NCBI GenBank assembly: GCA_036758145.1
Contig: DAIOXD010000001.1
Span: 1 to 52,274 of the forward strand
Source: Candidatus Limnocylindrales bacterium
Lineage (GTDB): Bacteria > Chloroflexota > Limnocylindria > Limnocylindrales > CSP1-4
Direction of reading: 5' to 3'
DNA length: 52,274 nt
Each line of letters starts with the position of its first letter. Within the stretch, counting starts at the first letter, position 1. Of this stretch, positions 46,023 through 52,274 are shown in pieces. The position numbers and the translations under genes are program-made. Under the pieces are notes generated by a model. The model did no database searches. It was not told where the DNA came from and saw nothing but the letters and a program-made list of their open reading frames with translations.

Positions 46023-47515
46023 TGCTCGGGGGTGCGGCACGACAGCCGCTCGGCCGGACGACGATCCACGTGGCGATCGTGTTGTCGGTCGCCTTCTCGG
46101 TGCTGGCCCTGGCGGCCGGCTATTGGGGCGTGGTCGCGGCGCCGGACCTGGTCAGCTCGCCCAACGACGCGGCGGTCATCGCCGCGGCCCGGACGGTGCC
46201 ACGGGGCCTCATCAAGGACCGGAACGGGACGGTCCTGGCCAGCAACAAGAAGGACGCGAACGGCGAGCAGTACCGGGTCTACGCCGGTCGGGCGATCAGC
46301 CAGGTCGTCGGCTACGCCTCGCCGTTCTATGGCCGGGCCGGACTGGAGCGCGCCTATGACGCGGAGCTGACGGGACTCGCCGGCGATCCGTTGAGCGATG
46401 CGTTCGCGAAGTTCGGGGCCGACCGCTACGACCCGAAGGACCTCACGCTGTCCCTTTCGTACGATCTCCAGAAGGCGGCGGTCGCCGCGCTCGGCAAGCA
46501 CCGCGGGGCGATCGTGATGCTCGACCCGAAGACCGGGCAGGTCCTCGCGCTTGCCTCGACGCCGACCTACGACGCCTCGACCATCACCAACCCGACCACG
46601 GCGCACGACGCCTTCGCGGCGCTCCAGGCCGATCCGGCGCAGCCGCTCCTGCCGCGCGCCACCCTGGGCCGTTACGTGCCGGGTTCCGTGTTCAAGATCG
46701 TGACCGCCGTGGCCGGGCTGGGCTCCGGCGCGATCACCCCTGACACGACCTACAAGCAACAGCCCGGCGCCGAGAAGAACGGCCTGCTGGTCGATGGCTT
46801 CCGGGTCCGCGACGGCCATCACCCCCAGACCGGGAACACGCCACTCGACCTGGTGGGCGCGACCGAGGTCTCGTGCAACATCTACTACGCGCTGACCGGT
46901 CTCCAGACCGGTGGGGCGGCTCTCGTCGACTACGCCAAGCGGATGGGGTTCGGATCTCCCTTGCCGTTCGACCTCCCGACCGCCGTCTCGCAATTAACGA
47001 ATGGCGGCGGGAAGCAGCCGGGCGGCTTCACCGACGACGTCGAGCTCGCGAATGCCGCGTACGGTCAGGCCGAGGTGTTCGTCACCCCGCTCCAGATGGC
47101 GCTGGTGGCCGCGACCGTGGCCAACGACGGGAACCTGATGCAGCCGCAGCTGGTGACCGCCCTGACCGGAAAGCACAGCGGGACGCGGACGATCGGCCCG
47201 CACTCGATGGGCCAGGTCATCTCGAGGTCGAACGCCCAGTCCATCAACGCGGCGATGGTCCAGGCGGTCGAGGGCCCGCTGGGCCGTCAGTTCACGACCG
47301 GGGCGAAGATCCCAGGCGTGCTCACCGCCGGCAAGTCCGGCACGGCCCAGCTGGGCGGTACGGGTGAGCCACATTCCTGGTTCATCGGGTTCGCCCCGGC
47401 CAACGACCCCAAGGTCGTCATCGCGGTCCTGGTCGAACAGGCCGGCCGCGGCGGCGAGGTCGCCGCCCCGATCGCCGGCGACCTGATGACCCGCTACCTG
47501 GCGGGGCTCAAGTGA
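46022..47515 (+). CDS. pbpA: class B penicillin-binding protein (PbpA-type transpeptidase)
   Basis: N-terminal TM anchor, then SxxK (GSVFK), SxN (SCN) and KxG (KSGT) in the correct order. It overlaps rodA by 1 nt. Confidence 0.92.
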   Translation: MLGGAARQPLGRTTIHVAIVLSVAFSVLALAAGYWGVVAAPDLVSSPNDAAVIAAARTVPRGLIKDRNGTVLASNKKDANGEQYRVYAGRAISQVVGYASPFYGRAGLERAYDAELTGLAGDPLSDAFAKFGADRYDPKDLTLSLSYDLQKAAVAALGKHRGAIVMLDPKTGQVLALASTPTYDASTITNPTTAHDAFAALQADPAQPLLPRATLGRYVPGSVFKIVTAVAGLGSGAITPDTTYKQQPGAEKNGLLVDGFRVRDGHHPQTGNTPLDLVGATEVSCNIYYALTGLQTGGAALVDYAKRMGFGSPLPFDLPTAVSQLTNGGGKQPGGFTDDVELANAAYGQAEVFVTPLQMALVAATVANDGNLMQPQLVTALTGKHSGTRTIGPHSMGQVISRSNAQSINAAMVQAVEGPLGRQFTTGAKIPGVLTAGKSGTAQLGGTGEPHSWFIGFAPANDPKVVIAVLVEQAGRGGEVAAPIAGDLMTRYLAGLK

Positions 47516-47727
47516 CCGACCCGGTCGAACCGCCGCGCGAGGCGCGCGAGCCAAGGCCCATCCTCGAGCGGATCGGTCTGGCGGCCGTCGCCGCCCTGCT
47601 TGCGATCCTGTTCGGCGGCGTCGCGGCCGCGTCGTGGATCGGCGGTGAACCGTTCCTGACGGTGATGGGCGGCGTGGGCTGCCTGATGACCGTGTGGGTC
47701 GGGCTGATCACCCTCGTCCGCGGCTGA
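47512..47727 (+). CDS. small 2-TM membrane protein (71 aa), hypothetical
   Basis: The GTG overlaps the pbpA stop (GTGA). It has two hydrophobic helices (IGLAAVAALLAILFGGVAAA and VMGGVGCLMTVWVGLITLV). Confidence 0.5.
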   Translation: MTDPVEPPREAREPRPILERIGLAAVAALLAILFGGVAAASWIGGEPFLTVMGGVGCLMTVWVGLITLVRG

Positions 47728-47743
47728 AGCCCCGCGAACCCAT

Positions 47744-50443
47744 TCACGGACCCTCGGCACGCCGCCGAGCGGACGATTCGAGGAGCTTCGCGACCAGCGC
47801 CGTCCAGCCGGTCTGGTGGCTGGCGCCGAGCCCCGCCCCGGTCTCGCCATCGAAGTATTCGAAGAAGAGCGGATCGTCGTCAAGAACGCCAGGCCCGCTA
47901 CCTCCGTCGGGCGGCGAGGCACCGAACACCGGGCGACGACCCTCGTCATCGCGCAGGAAGATCGAGCACAACCGCGAGCCGAGTGCGTCCGCCACCGCGC
48001 CAAGCGTCATCGTCCGGCCCGAGCCGGTCGGAAATTCCACACCGAACTCCGGGCCGTAGTAATGATCGAATTTCTGGAGCGCCTCGATCAGGAGGTAGTT
48101 GATCGGGAACCAGACCGGGCCGCGCCAGTTGGAATTGCCGCCGAAGATCCCGGAGCGCGACTCGGACGGTTCGTAGTCGACGACGTTGCGAACCCCGCCC
48201 AGTTCGAGGACGAACGGATCGTCGCGGTGGATCCTGCTCAGCGAGCGGATCCCGTGTCCGGACAGGAACTCGTCCTCATCGAGCATGCGCCGGAGGAGCG
48301 CCTTCATCCGATGGCCGTGCACTAGCGCGAGAAGCCGTCGTTCGCCGACTCCCGGGTCCTCCCATGACGCGACCAGATGCGACAGCTCGGGTCGGTTGGC
48401 GAGGAACCAGCGCATGCGACGGCGGAACGCGGGCATCCGTTCGAGCAGGTCGGGTTCCAGCGTCTCGACGGCGAGGAGCGGGATGAGCCCGACGATCGAT
48501 CGGACCTTGAGCGGGATGAACTCGCCCGTCTCGAGATGGAGGGTGTCGTAGAAGAACTGGTCCTCATGGTCCCAGAGCGGGATGGTGTCGACGCCGACCG
48601 CGTTGAGCGCCCCGGCGATGTACAGAAAGTGCTCGAAGAACTTGGTCGCGATGTCCTCATAGACCGGGTTGTCGGCCGCGAGTTCCAGCGCGATCACGAG
48701 CATGTTGAGCGAGTACATCCCCATCCACGCGGTCCCATCGGCCTGGCCGAGGTGCCCTGGGACCGGGAGCGGCGCGCTGCGATCGAAGACGCCGATGTTG
48801 TCCAGCCCCAGGAACCCGCCCTGGAAGATGTTCCGGCCGTCATTGTCCTTTCGGTTGACCCACCAGGTGAAGTTGAGCAGCAACTTGTGGAAGACCCGCT
48901 CGAGGAAGTCGCGGTCGGCGACCCCCGAGACGCGTCGATCGATCTTGTAGACACGCCATGCCGCCCAGGCGTGGACGGGCGGGTTGACGTCCGAAAACGC
49001 CCATTCGTAGGCCGGCAGCTGGCCGTTGGGGTGCATGTACCACTCACGCGTCAGGGTCAGCAGCTGGTTCTTGGCGAAGGCCGGGTCCAGCACGGCCAGT
49101 GGCAGGCAGTGGAAGGCGAGGTCCCAGGCGGCATACCACGGGTACTCCCAGCTGTCGGGCATCGACAGGACGTCGTCGTTGTTGAGCTCCCGCCAACCGC
49201 TGTTCCGGCCGTCGAGGCGCGACGCCGGTGGTGGGGGCATCGCCGGGTCGCCGTCGAGCCATTCGGCGACGTCGTAGCGATAGGCTTGCTTGCACCACAC
49301 CAGGCCCGCGAATGCCTGGCGCTGGACGAGCGCCTCGTCCGCGTTGAGCGTCCCGCCGGTGAGCGTGGCATAGAACGCATCGGCCTCCGCGATGCGGGTC
49401 GCGAAGACGTCATTCGCGTCGGCCGCCGGCGCCACGGCGTCGCCCTTGGTCAGCCGGAGCAGGATCGTCTCGCTGGCCCCGGGTGCGAGCGAGGACTGGT
49501 AATGCGCGGCCACTTTGGTCCCGGTCCCGGCCGGGTTGACGGCCGCCGCGACGCCGCCCACCACGGCCGCCCCGATCCCGTCCTTGACGTAGGGCGATCC
49601 GTTCGGAGTCCCCCAGATCCGCTCGGTGTTCGTCTCGTTCTCCGTGAAGAGCAGGGTGGGCGAGCCACCGGCGACGAGGTGGTAGATCCCGAGCTGGACA
49701 TGCTCGGCGCGGACGACGACACCGCCATCGATCGGAGCCTCGGCGGTGAGGACCGGGCGGCCATGGTGGCGGCCCCACGACCAGGTGTTCCGGAACCAGA
49801 GGGTCGGGAGGAGGTGAAGGGGCGCCGCCTCGGGTCCGCGGTTCGTCGCCGAGATCCGGATCAGGATGTCGTCGGGGCCCGCCTTGGCATACTCGACGAC
49901 CACGTCGAAGAAGCGGCCGTCGGCGAAGGCGCCCGTGTCGACCAACTCGTACTCGGGGTCGTCGCGCGTGCGGCGGCGGTTCTCCTCGACCAGCTCGGTA
50001 TAGGGGAAGGCGCGTTGCGGGTAGCGGTAGCGGGCCTTGAGGTAGGCGTGACTCGGGGTGGCATCGAGGAAGTGGTAGACCTCCTTCACGTCCTCGCCGT
50101 GATTGCCTTCGGGGCCGGACAGGCCGAACAGCCGTTCCTTGAGGATCGGGTCCGCGCCGTTCCAGAGCGCGATCGCGAAGCACATCCGGCCGAAGTCGTC
50201 GCTGATGCCGAGCAGGCCGTCCTCGCCCCAGCGATAGGCGCGGGAGCGCGCATGGTCGTGCGGGAACCAGGTCCACGCCTCGCCGTCGGGCGAGTAGTCC
50301 TCCCGGACCGTGCCCCACTGGCGGTCGGCGAGGTAGGGTCCCCAGCGATCCCAGCGAACCGAACCATCGGCGGTCTCGGCAAGGCGCCGACGTTCGGCGG
50401 TGGCATCGGTCGTTCGGCCGGGGCGGCGGAGGTTCTTGTCCAT
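47744..50443 (-). CDS. GH63-like (six-hairpin, MGH1/glucosidase-type) glycoside hydrolase, 899 aa
   Basis: The N-terminal region reads [47 protein letters not shown]. The catalytic-domain segment reads [19 protein letters not shown]...[29 protein letters not shown]. Both are typical of the large bacterial glucosidase family related to GH63. Confidence 0.85.
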   Translation of the reverse strand: MDKNLRRPGRTTDATAERRRLAETADGSVRWDRWGPYLADRQWGTVREDYSPDGEAWTWFPHDHARSRAYRWGEDGLLGISDDFGRMCFAIALWNGADPILKERLFGLSGPEGNHGEDVKEVYHFLDATPSHAYLKARYRYPQRAFPYTELVEENRRRTRDDPEYELVDTGAFADGRFFDVVVEYAKAGPDDILIRISATNRGPEAAPLHLLPTLWFRNTWSWGRHHGRPVLTAEAPIDGGVVVRAEHVQLGIYHLVAGGSPTLLFTENETNTERIWGTPNGSPYVKDGIGAAVVGGVAAAVNPAGTGTKVAAHYQSSLAPGASETILLRLTKGDAVAPAADANDVFATRIAEADAFYATLTGGTLNADEALVQRQAFAGLVWCKQAYRYDVAEWLDGDPAMPPPPASRLDGRNSGWRELNNDDVLSMPDSWEYPWYAAWDLAFHCLPLAVLDPAFAKNQLLTLTREWYMHPNGQLPAYEWAFSDVNPPVHAWAAWRVYKIDRRVSGVADRDFLERVFHKLLLNFTWWVNRKDNDGRNIFQGGFLGLDNIGVFDRSAPLPVPGHLGQADGTAWMGMYSLNMLVIALELAADNPVYEDIATKFFEHFLYIAGALNAVGVDTIPLWDHEDQFFYDTLHLETGEFIPLKVRSIVGLIPLLAVETLEPDLLERMPAFRRRMRWFLANRPELSHLVASWEDPGVGERRLLALVHGHRMKALLRRMLDEDEFLSGHGIRSLSRIHRDDPFVLELGGVRNVVDYEPSESRSGIFGGNSNWRGPVWFPINYLLIEALQKFDHYYGPEFGVEFPTGSGRTMTLGAVADALGSRLCSIFLRDDEGRRPVFGASPPDGGSGPGVLDDDPLFFEYFDGETGAGLGASHQTGWTALVAKLLESSARRRAEGP

Positions 50444-50594
50444 CGTGCTCGACTCAAGGAACCGCGGGGAACCATTCTGGTGCGCCCGGCGTACTATCTG
50501 ACATCTGACACACGACTGAACGCTCGTCCGTCACCAGTTGCGACCCCGCCCGACCCCGGCGCTCCGACCGCGCCAGAGCCCGCGAGAGAGGCCG

Positions 50595-51614
50595 ATGACC
50601 CATATCCAGGAAACCGGGGACAAGGTCCTCGCCAACGTCGAACGCGTCATCGTCGGCAAGCACCACGAGGTTCGCCTCGCCCTGGTGGCCCTGTTGTGTC
50701 GCGGCCACCTCCTGATCGAGGACGTACCGGGCACCGGCAAGACCGTCCTCGCCAAGGCCATCGCACGGAGCCTCGGTGGCTCGTTCCGGCGCATCCAGTT
50801 CACCCCGGACCTGCTGCCGTCGGATGTCTCGGGGCTCTCGATCTACAACCAGAAGACGCAGGAATTCGAGTTCCGGCCGGGCCCCATCTTCAGCCAGGTC
50901 GTCCTCGCCGACGAGATCAACCGGGCGACGCCCAAGACCCAGTCCGCGCTGCTCGAATGCATGGAGGAGCGCCAGGCGACGATCGACGGGACGACCTACC
51001 CGATGCCCGACCCGTTCCTCGTGATCGCCACCCAGAACCCGATCGAATACGAGGGTACGTTCGCACTGCCCGAGGCGCAGCTCGACCGGTTCATGCTCCG
51101 GCTCCGCCTCGGGTACCCGCAGCCGATCGAGGAGATCGTGATCCTCGACGAGCAGAAGCGGACCCACCCGCTCGACGAGCTCGAGGAGGTCCTGAGCGTC
51201 GAGGACTTGCGCGAGATGCAGGCGGCGATCCGCGAGATCTACGTCGATTCGACGGTCTCGGACTACATCGTCCGGCTGGTCAACGGGACGCGTAACCATG
51301 CCGATGTCTATCTCGGCGCCTCGCCCCGGGGGTCGATCGCGCTCTATCGCGCGGGCCAGGCACTGGCCGGCCTGCTGGGGCGCGACTACGTCATCCCCGA
51401 CGACATCAAGGCGCTCGCGGAGCCCGCGCTGGCCCATCGGCTGATCATCAAGACCAGTTCGTCGATCCACGACGTCCAGGCCGCGCAGGTCGTCCGCGAG
51501 CTGCTCGAAGCGACCGCGATCGAGGGGATCCGGCCGACCGGCGGCGGACCGACCGAGCTGCGCGCTGCGGGCCGCGCGCCATCGACGGCGGCCAGCAGCC
51601 CGACCAGCAGCTAG
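50595..51614 (+). CDS. moxR: MoxR-family AAA+ ATPase
   Basis: Trimmed to the internal ATG ([11 protein letters not shown]...), preceded by GAGAGAGG. Motifs are Walker A (GTGKT), Walker B ([10 protein letters not shown]), [13 protein letters not shown] and [12 protein letters not shown]. Confidence 0.93.
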   Translation: MTHIQETGDKVLANVERVIVGKHHEVRLALVALLCRGHLLIEDVPGTGKTVLAKAIARSLGGSFRRIQFTPDLLPSDVSGLSIYNQKTQEFEFRPGPIFSQVVLADEINRATPKTQSALLECMEERQATIDGTTYPMPDPFLVIATQNPIEYEGTFALPEAQLDRFMLRLRLGYPQPIEEIVILDEQKRTHPLDELEEVLSVEDLREMQAAIREIYVDSTVSDYIVRLVNGTRNHADVYLGASPRGSIALYRAGQALAGLLGRDYVIPDDIKALAEPALAHRLIIKTSSSIHDVQAAQVVRELLEATAIEGIRPTGGGPTELRAAGRAPSTAASSPTSS

Positions 51615-51651
51615 TCGATCGACCGAGCGTCATGGCGGAGGAGCACGGCCG

Positions 51652-52274
51652 GTGATCCGCAAGCTCGAGTTGCTCGTCGTCGCGGTCGTCCTCGTCGTCG
51701 CCGCGTTCTCGACCGCGCTGCCCTTCCTCTTCTACCTGCTCTACCTTGCCATCCTGGTCATCGGTGGTTCGTACGTCCTGGTCCGGCTCGGGCTGACCGA
51801 TCTCGAGGCGGGTTACGCCGTCAGCGCCCTGCACGGCCATGTCGGCGACCGGATGCGCGTCACGTATACGCTGCGCAACGGTAGCCGGCTGCCGAAGCTC
51901 TGGCTCGAGATCCACAACCCGACGACGCTCCCGGGGGGACTTCCCGGACGGGCCATCGCGCTCGGCGGCCGGAGCGAACGGTCGTGGCTGATCCGCGCCC
52001 CGCTGGCGCGCCGCGGCCATTTCCGGATCGAGCCACTCCACATCCGGACGGGTGACCCGTTCGGCTTCTTCGAGGCCTCGGCGACGGTCGGCCAGGGCGT
52101 CTCGGTCGTGGTCTACCCGCGCATCGAACCGCTGCCGCGCTGGCGCCTCCCCGCGGCCGCCATCGAGGGCAGCCACGCGTCGCCCGTGCGCACCCTCCAG
52201 ACGACGCCGATGGCGACCTCGGTCCGGCCCTATGCCCCGGGCGACGCGATGAACCGGATCCACTGGAAGACGAC
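51652..52274 (+). CDS. DUF58 family protein (3' end outside window)
   Basis: This ORF is not in the ORF track because it runs off the window. The GTG is preceded by GGAGGAG. My translation gives an N-terminal TM pair followed by ...GDPFGFF...VRPYAPGDAMNRIHWKT, the DUF58 signature. It is the canonical partner of MoxR. Confidence 0.85.
   Translation, partial: MIRKLELLVVAVVLVVAAFSTALPFLFYLLYLAILVIGGSYVLVRLGLTDLEAGYAVSALHGHVGDRMRVTYTLRNGSRLPKLWLEIHNPTTLPGGLPGRAIALGGRSERSWLIRAPLARRGHFRIEPLHIRTGDPFGFFEASATVGQGVSVVVYPRIEPLPRWRLPAAAIEGSHASPVRTLQTTPMATSVRPYAPGDAMNRIHWKT

Overview
This is a very GC-rich chromosomal window (roughly two-thirds to 70% G+C by eye, not computed). Gene order looks Actinomycetota- or Chloroflexota-like: tig-clpP-clpX-valS and fhaA-fhaB-rodA-pbpA. 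I call about 47 protein genes, one tRNA-Leu(UAG), one valS T-box leader, one IS256-family insertion, and a few candidate promoters, operators and hairpins. Left to right, the window contains: (1) an amine-oxidation cluster with two paralogous FAD/GcvT-fusion dehydrogenases (DMGDH/SARDH type), a TetR plus choline-kinase-like pair, SnoaL-like and NmrA-like genes, and an IMPase-family phosphatase; (2) orphan membrane proteins, a cupin and a DUF4331-like gene; (3) an IS256 transposase; (4) a potADBC-type polyamine importer plus a class-III aminotransferase; (5) mrp/apbC, cinA, and a holin-X-like/DUF3618-like pair; (6) tRNA-Leu, a GT-C-like membrane protein, tig, clpP, clpX, the T-box and valS; (7) a LacI-controlled sugar ABC importer with a GH13 alpha-glucosidase; (8) a run of zinc-ribbon proteins, an HTH protein and YihY; (9) a zinc-ribbon protein with AEPxxV hexapeptide repeats, divergent from an FHA-RodA-PbpA operon that lacks the usual PP2C phosphatase and Ser/Thr kinases; (10) a large GH63-like glycosidase and the start of a MoxR-DUF58 operon. 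I found no CRISPR array, no rRNA and no recognisable defence system, and most of the window is housekeeping. The least explained parts are the zinc-ribbon/repeat-protein neighbourhood next to the kinase-less FHA operon, and the pairing of phosphoester-metabolism genes with the two amine dehydrogenases. The many very long ORFs antisense to clearly homologous genes are high-GC artefacts. Several ORF-track entries are 5'-over-extended, so I give trimmed starts with the reasons.
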